Shown piece by piece: positions 1 through 8,532 of a stretch of 58,120 nt of DNA. How positions within the stretch are numbered: the first letter of the stretch is position 1; every line of letters starts with the position of its first letter. The DNA comes from a virus (taxonomy: Duplodnaviria > Caudoviricetes): positions 1 to 58,120 of the IMG/VR virus record IMGVR_UViG_3300036978_000157; one strand, given 5' to 3'. Below the pieces are notes generated by a model, which saw nothing but the letters and a program-made list of their open reading frames with translations, did not search any database and was not told the origin of the DNA. The position numbers were made by a program, and so were the translations under genes.

Positions 1-229
1 TGTCGGTGATCGAACGGAAAGGAGTGCAAGGATCGTGGAATCCACGGCCAAAGCGGAATGCTTTTTGTTCGGTTGTGTGGTTAAGAGGCCATGCTTGCTC
101 CTCGAAACGGGTGAAGTATGCAGAGTTTGTGACGAGCTTCTTCACATAGAGGTCGTTGAAATATTCGCGGCCCTCGCGGAAGAAACTGTCAATCTCGGCA
201 CAACTATTGAAGTAGAGTTGATCGCTCAT
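1..229 (-). CDS. Major capsid protein, 5' fragment (duplicate of the start of 53030-54439)
   Basis: Identical to 54211-54439; truncated by the window edge. Confidence 0.75.
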   Translation of the reverse strand, partial: MSDQLYFNSCAEIDSFFREGREYFNDLYVKKLVTNSAYFTRFEEQAWPLNHTTEQKAFRFGRGFHDPCTPFRSITD

Positions 230-483
230 TGATTTATTTGATTTTGGTTTAGTTTAGTTTTGCACCGCAAACTACACCATGAGGAATAGCAAGCGAGTGC
301 TTGGTTTCCTCTGCTGGACTCAACCCAGAGTTTCTTTCTGTCCAGAAATCGTTTTTCATGCGAGGTCGAAAACTCGCCAGCCAGAGTGCGGCTGAATCAC
401 TAATTTTATCGTAAACGATAATTTCGTCTTTCTCTTACACCGGACATTGCAACCGACTATTTACCATGTCAAGCAACTTTTTT

Positions 484-525
484 AAAAAAAATGAAAAGGG
501 GAGCAAGTTTTACCTTGCTCCCCTT
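484..525 (-). terminator. Intrinsic terminator after the scaffold gene
   Basis: AAGGGGAGCAAG/CTTGCTCCCCTT stem (496-525) followed by T-runs on the minus strand. Confidence 0.75.
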
Positions 526-547
526 CCAGCTAACAAGAATGATGGGA

Positions 548-1834
548 TTATGCGGTCGCCCTACCCTGTGGAGAGAAACGTGCCAATTTACTGGCAAGTC
601 CTTCGGCAATACTCATTCTTGGTTTCTGGGAATCCGATGCACTTGGCGATGACGAGATGCGTGATGATCCTTTGAGTTGTGCGATATACTCGTCTTTCTC
701 TTTGACCATCTCTTGGTATGCCTTGAGTTGTGCTTGAATCTTCTGATAGGCGCGGCCTTGGTGGATCAGTCGGTTCATGTCTTCAACTGATGCCTGCTCG
801 TTGGTCTGCTGTGTAGCTGCCAGCGCAATAGCCTCGTCGCGGGAGATGTCGAACTTGATTCCCTTTTCCTTCATGTAGTCAGCAACCACATCTGGAATTT
901 CGGTAGCCCTATCAATCTCTTGTTGAGTGTTCTTGTAGCCTTCACGCCACTGGTTCAGATACTTGTTCCTGCCTTCTTGCTCTTTTTGTTTAGCGGTTTG
1001 AATGATATTCTGCTTGGTTTCTTCAAAGTTGACAAGAGCTGCGTGATGTCCTTGAGTTGCTTTGATGAAGCTGTTGACTTGCTCCGCGAATTGATACTGC
1101 TTGAATTGCGAGAGCGAGTTCGTGATTTCCTCGAACGCTTGGTCGCGGTCGGCTTCTGCCGCTCTACGATCCTCTTCGGAGGACGCATTGAAGATGGAGG
1201 CATTTGCATTGACAGCACGGGAGAATGTCGAAAGAAGAGTTGGATCATTCGATAGCAATTGTCGCGCAGTGTCGTAGGTATTCTTGATAGGATCGAGGTA
1301 AGTTTTTTTGAAGTCGGGATTGCTTGTGATGTCGTGGAAGTCAAGCTTACCCCGGAGTTCCTTGATCTGCTCTGATAGTTGTTGCTCAACGTCCAGCTTC
1401 TCTTGGTTGGCTTTGTTGAGTTGTTCTTGGTAGTGGTTGGTTTCTTTAGTCGATGTTGACTCGGCGACCAATCGCTCAAGTTCTTGGATTTTGGTTTCAA
1501 ACTTGGGGATTTCATCTTTCTTGTATTTCTCAAGTTCTTCTTTGAGTTTTCGATTCTCTTCGATTTGCCGCTCAACGAATCCTTTTTTCTTTCCTGTGCG
1601 GTCAGACGTGATTTCAGCTTCGGTAACTCCCGTGTGTTCTTCTGGTGGTTCTTCTTCATTGAATTTTTTAATGCCGAGATTGGGATCACCAACATTGGTA
1701 GCACTGGGCTTGCCTTCGTCGGTTTGTTGCTGACTGAACTTCTTGAGGAAGTCAGATGTGTTACCTTTAATCGGAACTTGAGGTTTAGCCTTCAGTTCTT
1801 TGATTACTTCTGCTGTGTCGTTTGGGTCTGCCAT
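548..1834 (-). CDS. Putative capsid scaffolding protein
   Basis: 428 aa, E/K/Q-rich coiled coil, lies between portal and major capsid. Confidence 0.65.
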   Translation of the reverse strand: MADPNDTAEVIKELKAKPQVPIKGNTSDFLKKFSQQQTDEGKPSATNVGDPNLGIKKFNEEEPPEEHTGVTEAEITSDRTGKKKGFVERQIEENRKLKEELEKYKKDEIPKFETKIQELERLVAESTSTKETNHYQEQLNKANQEKLDVEQQLSEQIKELRGKLDFHDITSNPDFKKTYLDPIKNTYDTARQLLSNDPTLLSTFSRAVNANASIFNASSEEDRRAAEADRDQAFEEITNSLSQFKQYQFAEQVNSFIKATQGHHAALVNFEETKQNIIQTAKQKEQEGRNKYLNQWREGYKNTQQEIDRATEIPDVVADYMKEKGIKFDISRDEAIALAATQQTNEQASVEDMNRLIHQGRAYQKIQAQLKAYQEMVKEKDEYIAQLKGSSRISSSPSASDSQKPRMSIAEGLASKLARFSPQGRATA

Positions 1835-1837
1835 AAA

Positions 1838-2083
1838 TTAGATTTCGTCGAGGTCTGGGTCGATTGTGATGTCCGCTGGTTCTTTATGTTTTCCAGCAAC
1901 TTTTGTTTTTTTGAATGCTCCCTGCTCCTCAGTTCCAATAGCTTCAATAGTTTTGATTGCATGGATAAGCGTGGTTACTCCTTCTGGTGGGTTTACATTA
2001 AGTAGTAAATACGCCTGTAGTTTGTTCCAGTCTTCGTGTGAGGTTATTGCCGCGCATAGGGATTTTACTTTTTCTGTTGTCAT
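1838..2083 (-). CDS. Hypothetical protein (portal-scaffold linker gene)
   Basis: 81 aa, ATGA-coupled to the portal stop. Confidence 0.7.
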   Translation of the reverse strand: MTTEKVKSLCAAITSHEDWNKLQAYLLLNVNPPEGVTTLIHAIKTIEAIGTEEQGAFKKTKVAGKHKEPADITIDPDLDEI

Positions 2084-4566
2084 GTTTGTGTTGGTGTTTC
2101 TTCCATCTCAACTTCTTCGGTAGCCTCTGGGGTTTCGACTTCTACTTCTTCAGTCTCTTCTTCCTCTGGCTCTTCTTCTTCCATCTCTGGAGCTTCCATC
2201 TCCGGTTGCTCTGCTTTCGTCTTACCTTTCATCTTTTGAATCTCAGCGCGAGCTTTAGCCTTCTGAAGCGCAAGTTGGGTGATGCCCTGTTCCTTGCGTT
2301 GCTCGGTGCGTTGAGCGTGCGAGATAGAAGCCTTGCCGATTGCGATGTCAGCGAGCTTCTTCTTGGTATCAATCTCAATGCCAGACTTAGCAGTGAGGTA
2401 TTGAAGTTTGATATCTTCCTCAGAGTTAGGTTGACCAGATTTTTGAGCTTCAGCTTCTGCCATCTGAACATACACTTGCTGGAGTTCGTCGGCCATTCCT
2501 TGAGCCTCGTTCATGCCTTGCATGAATTGTTTCAAGAAGTCCTGCTTCGATGGGTCTTTGCTGATATACTCAACGTGCGCCATGATATGACCACCCTTGA
2601 ACTTGATAGCACGGACTGCTTTTGAGATTTCGGCAAACTCTGGATTGCCTTGTTGAACGGATTGCAGGTTCATCTGCAACTGCATAGCCAAGTCTTGGAA
2701 GTGACCTTGAGCGTGTTCAATGTGCGGATCAGTTGGTAGCACAGGGAAGTTTGCAGGGTTGACGAACGCATCAGTCATACCAGCATTCTCAAATCCAATG
2801 ATACGGGCCGTATCATCAATCTTGCTTGGCTTAGTATTCCGATAGCGAGCTACGTTGTCTCGGCCAGATAGTGCGGCGATTGCGTCCTTAACTGCATTCT
2901 CCTGCCCTTCGTTTGCTGGAGTGATTGCTGTAATCTGCAATAGTTTTTCTGCTGTGATGAGCTTGAACGATGGGCTACCTGCACCATTGATGAGGTTGGA
3001 ACGGATGCTTGTGATGTTCTTCCATTGAGCAGCTTCTTTCGGAGTTCCAAGTTCCTCAAGAATCTCATAGAACTTCTTCACATACTCGTATCCATCATCG
3101 CTGGATTTGGAGTTTACGAAGCGTTTGTAGAGTTGTTTGAAGTAAAGAGTTTGGCACTCGTTGAATCGGCGAATCTGAGTTCCAGATAGTTTAGCTGACT
3201 CGGCGGCATCCAATTCTGCTTCGCCTTTTGTCCTCTGCTTTCCACCAGCGGTAGGTGCGTTGATACGATATTGCCCCATGCCCCTATACATATCTCCCAT
3301 GAAGAACTGCATGAAGCTCATGCTTTCTGCTACTGGAAGTTGGAAGCGGTTCTGGATGAACTTTGCTCCATCTGGCATTACACTGATAGGCAACCATTCC
3401 ATCTGCTTCAGCATCTTGGTTGCGTCTGGCCCTTGTCCTTCGATCATCAACATGGAGTTGAGTCGGACGGCATCAACCAGCGAGTTCATCGTGAAGTCAT
3501 ACTGACGGCAAGCAACGAACGCCGATTCTGCTTGGCTCTTGATGTCTTGGAAGAGTCCGCTACCAACAGAGTCGGTCAGCATATACATGATCTCATCCCA
3601 TGAATCAAAGAGTCCAATCTTCAGCATCATAAACCCGTGTTGGGTTCGGATGTCATCTTCGCTAATCTTGCCTGCTCCTTTGATGTTGGAGTTGATGTAG
3701 TCAGAGATTGGTTGGTAGTCTTGAAGGATGATAGCCTTGCTGATCTTGCCGTCGAACTCCCTCCAGTAGACTTCGTAGAGGTCGATCTTTTGGTTGACCG
3801 ATAGTGACCAGTTGAATCCAGATTCGCTGATCGTGCGGAAGAAGTCTTCACGGGTCTTGCGGTGGTTGCTAAATGCACGATGGAATCGAATAGCATCAAT
3901 TGCTGCGTCCACATTCCATCCCATTGCTTCTGCCGCTGCACGATTCTCGATCTTCTTGTAGAGTTCGTATGGAGTCAAACGGACACGGCGAACAAACTCC
4001 TCAAGGTTGCAGAAGTCGATCCTAATGTCGTCTGGAAAGAGAAGGTCGGAGAGGAAGACGTGTTCTGGCATCCATCCCATTGGTGAATCCCACATTCCGA
4101 TGCCTTTTCCATACAGCAACATTTCCTCAAGGTCTTGCTCTGTATTGTAGAGGTATCCGGGCCATTCTCGGATTGCTTGGTCGAATGCTTGGGAAATGTT
4201 TTCGGAGTTAACGAGTCGTTCTTTTTCATTTCCAAATTTGCTTTTGATCGTGCAGCAAGCCTGCCGCTCGGTGATTACATCGTAGTAACTGGACTTCTGG
4301 TTATCAACAATAAATCCAAGTTGTCCGTAGTTTACATCTGATTGCCAAGGTAAACGCTTTTCTGCGAGCTTGCTGTATCCCGTTGGCGGGAACATCTTAT
4401 ACGCCTTATAGATACGGATGCGTTTGTTCTCGCGCCCGATGTTAGCAAGTCGAAGATGATTTGCTATGTTCCAGCAATGCGAGGCATTGGAGATTCGTGT
4501 TTCTGGTGGTTTGCCGTCTTGATCTAAAACAGCAAGTGAGAAGTTGTCGTTACCTACGGATAGCAT
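2080..4566 (-). CDS. Portal (head-tail connector) protein
   Basis: 828 aa, position before scaffold/capsid, helical and acidic C-terminus; differences between the two copies are mostly synonymous, confirming the frame. Confidence 0.75.
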   Translation of the reverse strand: MLSVGNDNFSLAVLDQDGKPPETRISNASHCWNIANHLRLANIGRENKRIRIYKAYKMFPPTGYSKLAEKRLPWQSDVNYGQLGFIVDNQKSSYYDVITERQACCTIKSKFGNEKERLVNSENISQAFDQAIREWPGYLYNTEQDLEEMLLYGKGIGMWDSPMGWMPEHVFLSDLLFPDDIRIDFCNLEEFVRRVRLTPYELYKKIENRAAAEAMGWNVDAAIDAIRFHRAFSNHRKTREDFFRTISESGFNWSLSVNQKIDLYEVYWREFDGKISKAIILQDYQPISDYINSNIKGAGKISEDDIRTQHGFMMLKIGLFDSWDEIMYMLTDSVGSGLFQDIKSQAESAFVACRQYDFTMNSLVDAVRLNSMLMIEGQGPDATKMLKQMEWLPISVMPDGAKFIQNRFQLPVAESMSFMQFFMGDMYRGMGQYRINAPTAGGKQRTKGEAELDAAESAKLSGTQIRRFNECQTLYFKQLYKRFVNSKSSDDGYEYVKKFYEILEELGTPKEAAQWKNITSIRSNLINGAGSPSFKLITAEKLLQITAITPANEGQENAVKDAIAALSGRDNVARYRNTKPSKIDDTARIIGFENAGMTDAFVNPANFPVLPTDPHIEHAQGHFQDLAMQLQMNLQSVQQGNPEFAEISKAVRAIKFKGGHIMAHVEYISKDPSKQDFLKQFMQGMNEAQGMADELQQVYVQMAEAEAQKSGQPNSEEDIKLQYLTAKSGIEIDTKKKLADIAIGKASISHAQRTEQRKEQGITQLALQKAKARAEIQKMKGKTKAEQPEMEAPEMEEEEPEEEETEEVEVETPEATEEVEMEETPTQT

Positions 4567-4586
4567 AATAATTAGACCTTTATCGT

Positions 4587-4964
4587 TTACGATAATTTAT
4601 TCAAGGCATTTCTTCGTTTGTTACACGAAGAACATCCGCGAGCTTTATGCTCAAGTTTAGTTCCTAAAACCTTATCAGTAGCCGCTGCTACAGTGTGGAT
4701 AGCTTGGGCAATACGATCTCCAATCCCATCAGCATACCAGCAACGCTCACTTGGTTGACGCTGGCAGATTTGATCTTCAACCATCTGCTCAATATTGCTT
4801 GGCAGTTCAACTCCGTTTGAGCGATAATCCTTCTGGATATTCTGCATCAAACTACTCCATGTGCTTCCGTAAACAATAGCAGGGAATTTGAGTTTATCGC
4901 GTTTGATCTCATACTTCCAATACCAACCACCGACTGGAGCGAGGTTTTTGTTTTTCAGTTTCAT
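4587..4964 (-). CDS. Hypothetical Cys-containing protein
   Basis: 125 aa, GCSSC motif; stop codon lies inside a palindrome copy. Confidence 0.7.
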   Translation of the reverse strand: MKLKNKNLAPVGGWYWKYEIKRDKLKFPAIVYGSTWSSLMQNIQKDYRSNGVELPSNIEQMVEDQICQRQPSERCWYADGIGDRIAQAIHTVAAATDKVLGTKLEHKARGCSSCNKRRNALNKLS

Positions 4965-5000
4965 CTTGCCTTTGCACGGAAAATATATTTTCTTATTGAT

Positions 5001-6851
5001 ATGTCAAGAGTTTTTTCTTCCAACAAGGGTATTCAAAAATATGGGATGAAGTTCCCAGAAAACATGGACGAACTTGGAATAGAACTTTTCTGTTACTCAA
5101 TTTCCCGTGGAGAGTATGGAAAAGAATATTGCGTTAAGCACAATATTAACCTAACAGATTTTAAATTACTTTCTCCATCTGAGCATTTTCTTAATGCCGT
5201 GAAACTTCAATGGCCGACTGAGGTTTCTATCTACAACCGAGGATACACCAATACCCAGTTGATTAGGACACTGGATGAGTTGTGTTCTAATACCGACATC
5301 TGCTTGGCAGGAGCAGCTTCGATGGGTAAGTCATTCCCAGTTGCACTTTGGGTTTATCTTGATTGGTGTTCTGCCCCACATTGCACTTCTTCTTGGGTTG
5401 CTACCACCACTCTCGGTGCGTCTGAAGATCGTATCTGGGGTATCATCTCTAAACTTTGGAAGTGCGCCCGTGTTCAGTTTGGTAAGTTGATCGACTATCG
5501 CCACATGATTGTTTGGGGTGGCGCATCAAACGATGAGGATAAAGATTATCGTAATGCGATAAAAGCTCTGGCTTTTCAGTCCGGTAACGAGGGCCAGAAG
5601 GCTATTGATACTACCCGTGGTCGTAAAAATGATCGTGTTCGCTTGGCACTTGATGAGTTGCCCGAAATGGAACTCGGAGCAATCACTGCTCGCGTTAACC
5701 TTTCAGCAAACAACGATGTTACCTTTATCGGTATCGGAAACCCGTCAGCAGGCGACAATCCACACACTCGTTGGGCTATGCCTAAAGGTCATTCTAACTT
5801 CGATTCAGTCAATCCAGACTTAATGAAGTGGGATACGGAGACTGGAGTTTGCTTGTTCTATAACGGCATGAAGTCTCCTAACTTTGATGCTCCTCCAAAT
5901 GAACCATCTCCATTCCCGTTCCTTATGGATCGGAAGAAGCAGGAGATCATGCTCAAACAATGTTATGGAGACGAGAATGCTATCGACTATGTTCGTAATG
6001 CTATTGGTTGGTGGCCGAAAGCTGGATTTGCTCAAACAATTCTTACCGCTGATCTGATCCGTAATGCTGATACCAACGAAGAACCACTTTGGGATTCTGA
6101 AGGATTTACTAAAGTAGCAGGATTCGATACTGCATTTACAGTCGGTGGTGATAGATGCGTTCTGACAATCGCCAAACTTGGGTATGTGCGAGGGACTCGC
6201 AATCGTGTTATGTGGTTAGAAAGTCAGAAGGTAATCCAACTTTCTGCTAACGCCGCTGCTGAGTTTGAAATCCAACTTGCTACTGAAGTTGTTAATTATT
6301 GCCGTGCGGCTGGAGTGCAACCATCTAAATTTGGAATGGACGTGTCCGGTGATGGTGGCCGAGTTGGACAGGCTATCATTCGTGAGTGGCTACGCTTTGA
6401 TTCATCTGGAGCCGCTATCGCTCTTATCTCATCTATGGGTAAACCTACTGACCGAATCGCGGCAGAAGTTGATAAACGCTCGTGTAAGGATGTTTACGAT
6501 AGGTTAGTATCTGAGTATTGGTATTCAGCCTATCATGGATTTAAGAGCCGAGTTATCTTTGGTGTCAGTCCATCCGATGAACTGGCGCGGGAACTTTGCA
6601 TTCGTAGATACACGATTAAGTCTAAGAAGATTTCTGTAGAAACTAAAGATGACTTCAAAGGTAGAACAGGATTCTCACCCGACTTGGCTGACTCGTTCCT
6701 ATACTGCCTTGAAATGGCGCGGCGTAATGGACTCGTATTTATCGGAAACGATAAACCAGTTCCGACTAACAGATTTTGGGCACGGGATGAAAAGCCAGTC
6801 GAATACTCGCAAGATGATGATTACGGATCAGATGATAACGGAGATTGGTGA
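5001..6851 (+). CDS. terL: Terminase large subunit
   Basis: Walker A GAASMGKS, Walker B LALDE, coupling motif IGNP, nuclease motifs AGFDTA and SPDLADS. Confidence 0.9.
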   Translation: MSRVFSSNKGIQKYGMKFPENMDELGIELFCYSISRGEYGKEYCVKHNINLTDFKLLSPSEHFLNAVKLQWPTEVSIYNRGYTNTQLIRTLDELCSNTDICLAGAASMGKSFPVALWVYLDWCSAPHCTSSWVATTTLGASEDRIWGIISKLWKCARVQFGKLIDYRHMIVWGGASNDEDKDYRNAIKALAFQSGNEGQKAIDTTRGRKNDRVRLALDELPEMELGAITARVNLSANNDVTFIGIGNPSAGDNPHTRWAMPKGHSNFDSVNPDLMKWDTETGVCLFYNGMKSPNFDAPPNEPSPFPFLMDRKKQEIMLKQCYGDENAIDYVRNAIGWWPKAGFAQTILTADLIRNADTNEEPLWDSEGFTKVAGFDTAFTVGGDRCVLTIAKLGYVRGTRNRVMWLESQKVIQLSANAAAEFEIQLATEVVNYCRAAGVQPSKFGMDVSGDGGRVGQAIIREWLRFDSSGAAIALISSMGKPTDRIAAEVDKRSCKDVYDRLVSEYWYSAYHGFKSRVIFGVSPSDELARELCIRRYTIKSKKISVETKDDFKGRTGFSPDLADSFLYCLEMARRNGLVFIGNDKPVPTNRFWARDEKPVEYSQDDDYGSDDNGDW

Positions 6852-7136
6852 TACTGGGCCAAGGCGTTACTCTTGGTCATGGTTTTAGTGACGGCCCCAT
6901 GTATTGCCGTTTGGCTCTTTTTGCCACTTTACACAAGACTACTTCAAAGCTCGCAGTTAGCTGCATGACTCCATGCTTCCCAGTAAAGTTATTGTCACGC
7001 CGCACAATTGATGTCCCTTGGTCATCCATGTTGCCATTGTGCGCTTTTCTACATCTACTATCTCGTCGGGAATGCCCAATCTGAATTGGATGAATACGTT
7101 CGTCTGGCAAAAGAACGTGACAAATTATTCCAAAGA

Positions 7137-7358
7137 TCAATCGAGAATACCTTCAAGTTCCAAGGTATTCGCTACTTCTTCTGGGACTACGATACGGATC
7201 ATCTTCTCCCCGTCAAGGAAACCAAGAGTTTCTTTCACGCGAATATCGCTTTTCTTTACCCAGCATTGGTTAAACTTCTGCCTAAACAGAATCTTCAGTG
7301 GTGTATCGATTACTTCAGTTCCTTCGCAGATGATGCGGGATTCAAACGTTGTATTCAT
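7137..7358 (-). CDS. Hypothetical protein
   Basis: 73 aa ORF overlapping the HNH gene end in the same operon. Confidence 0.55.
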   Translation of the reverse strand: MNTTFESRIICEGTEVIDTPLKILFRQKFNQCWVKKSDIRVKETLGFLDGEKMIRIVVPEEVANTLELEGILD

Positions 7359-7662
7359 AAATTAGATAATTGTTCTCTCTGGCCCATGCAGGGTTGTCGT
7401 GAATGTAGGTATGACATTTTCTACAGACTGCCATGAATGATTCTTTTTTACAAAGGTTCTTGCCCCTGCCCTTTTTATGGTGAATGTCAGTTGCATACAT
7501 CCCACAAACTTCACAGGCGTAATCTTTTTCTTCAAGGAATTCTTTCCTAACTTTCCTATAAGACTCATTCCTTTGTTTGCCCCTTTGAGAAAAGGTATTT
7601 AGTTTTCCTCCGCGCTTTTTGAAACCCGTTTTTGCTTTAAGTGGGGTTTTTCTTCGTAGCAT
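7342..7662 (-). CDS. HNH endonuclease
   Basis: CEVC...DIHH...CRKCHTYIH motif. Confidence 0.85.
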   Translation of the reverse strand: MLRRKTPLKAKTGFKKRGGKLNTFSQRGKQRNESYRKVRKEFLEEKDYACEVCGMYATDIHHKKGRGKNLCKKESFMAVCRKCHTYIHDNPAWARENNYLIYEYNV

Positions 7663-7904
7663 AGTGCGATTACTTTCTCTACTTGTTCTTTCTTTAGGAT
7701 GCTCTTGGAGTTTACTTCGATCTGGTTGATGAGTGATCCAGTCACGCCGATCTTCTCTCCAAGCTCTCGGACAGTCAGCCGCAACATCCTGCGAGTCTCA
7801 CGCAACTGGGTTGCGAAAGTTTTCCTCCCGATAGAACGAACCATGCGTGATTGCTCGTAAGCAGTCATGCAGGACTCGTATGCGTCTTCTAAAGGATGTC
7901 TCAT
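7599..7904 (-). CDS. Cro/CI (XRE)-type HTH transcriptional regulator
   Basis: LRETRRMLRLTVRELGEKIGVTGSLINQIE is a typical XRE HTH. Confidence 0.8.
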   Translation of the reverse strand: MRHPLEDAYESCMTAYEQSRMVRSIGRKTFATQLRETRRMLRLTVRELGEKIGVTGSLINQIEVNSKSILKKEQVEKVIALCYEEKPHLKQKRVSKSAEEN

Positions 7905-7912
7905 TTCCAGAA

Positions 7913-7941
7913 AAAATAAACCAAGACTATTGACAAGTCAA
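7913..7941 (-). promoter_or_regulatory. Sigma70-like promoter for the XRE/HNH operon, overlapping the divergent promoter
   Basis: TTGACT, 17 bp, TATTTT on the minus strand; ATG at 7904. Confidence 0.5.
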
Positions 7942-7958
7942 CACTTTTTTGATACTAT
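7930..7958 (+). promoter_or_regulatory. Sigma70-like promoter
   Basis: TTGACA (7930-7935), 17 bp, TACTAT (7953-7958); ATG at 7967. Confidence 0.7.
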
Positions 7959-7966
7959 GATTGCTT

Positions 7967-8344
7967 ATGGATAACACAAACCCAATAAATAAATTAAACC
8001 CGAAACTTGAAGAGTTGATAGCCAGCGTAAGGAAGACAGTTTTAGTTACAAATATGTCTCTCGCCACTGCACTTGAAACTTCTTTCATGGCTACCTACGA
8101 AAATAAAAATGGCATCTGCTCTATGGCAATGAGGAAAGATAACACAGCTATCATGCTCGCCAATGGAACTGGAGGAGATGTAGTTTACAAATGTGATTTC
8201 ATCATCAGCGGAGAAGGTATCGGTGAACGCAAATCTGTATACCAATGCGAGGATGTAGAGAGTGCAGAAGAGATTTACGAACTCCTCAACGACAGGATGT
8301 ATGCTTGGTCAAATGGTGAGATCAACGAAGTAGGTGTAGACTAA
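7967..8344 (+). CDS. Hypothetical protein
   Basis: ATG just downstream of the -10 box; ends next to the palindrome at 8345. Confidence 0.7.
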   Translation: MDNTNPINKLNPKLEELIASVRKTVLVTNMSLATALETSFMATYENKNGICSMAMRKDNTAIMLANGTGGDVVYKCDFIISGEGIGERKSVYQCEDVESAEEIYELLNDRMYAWSNGEINEVGVD

Positions 8345-8369
8345 TTATCGGAACCGATAAAAAAGATGC

Positions 8370-8398
8370 TTGACATCGAATACAACCTGTAGTAGTTT
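8370..8398 (+). promoter_or_regulatory. Sigma70-like promoter of the replication operon
   Basis: TTGACA, 17 bp, TAGTTT; palindrome 8345-8360 just upstream of the -35. Confidence 0.65.
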
Positions 8399-8404
8399 TC
8401 TTTC

Positions 8405-8532
8405 GTGCGAGAAATTGCACCTCGGCGTGGAAACCGAGTAATAGAAGATTAAATCGAAATACAAATATCACCTTCCTGCCATAGAGCTTTCCACCCGACA
8501 TTCAATCGGTCTTCTTTCTATGGCAGGGGGTG
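8405..8532 (+). promoter_or_regulatory. Structured 5' leader with possible loop-loop pseudoknot upstream of the replication initiator
   Basis: GTGCGA-GAAA-TTGCAC hairpin; CTCGG-CGTGGAAA-CCGAG hairpin; long stem 8469-8532 with unpaired TTTCCAC complementary to GTGGAAA. Confidence 0.55.

Larger units (their letters stand above)
1..3913. repeat. Terminal direct repeat / circular overlap, copy 1 (matches 54211-58120)
   Basis: Same sequence at offset 54210; identical over about 1-2124, then scattered mostly synonymous differences and one 3-bp indel. Confidence 0.97.

Noticed and set aside
406-421. Palindrome as sigma28 -10 (GCCGATAA), Fur box, FNR box or LexA box
   Set aside because: Strict dyad with 4-bp spacer and in-gene distribution do not fit a sigma28 promoter, and the half-site differs from the Fur, FNR (TTGAT) and LexA consensus sequences I know.
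1-3913. True T7-like direct terminal repeat
   Set aside because: It begins and ends inside capsid and portal genes and the copies diverge like two strains; assembly overlap is more parsimonious.
6845-7140. Overlapping short ORFs between TerL and the HNH operon
   Set aside because: Conflicting frames on both strands and no motif; cannot choose a real gene.
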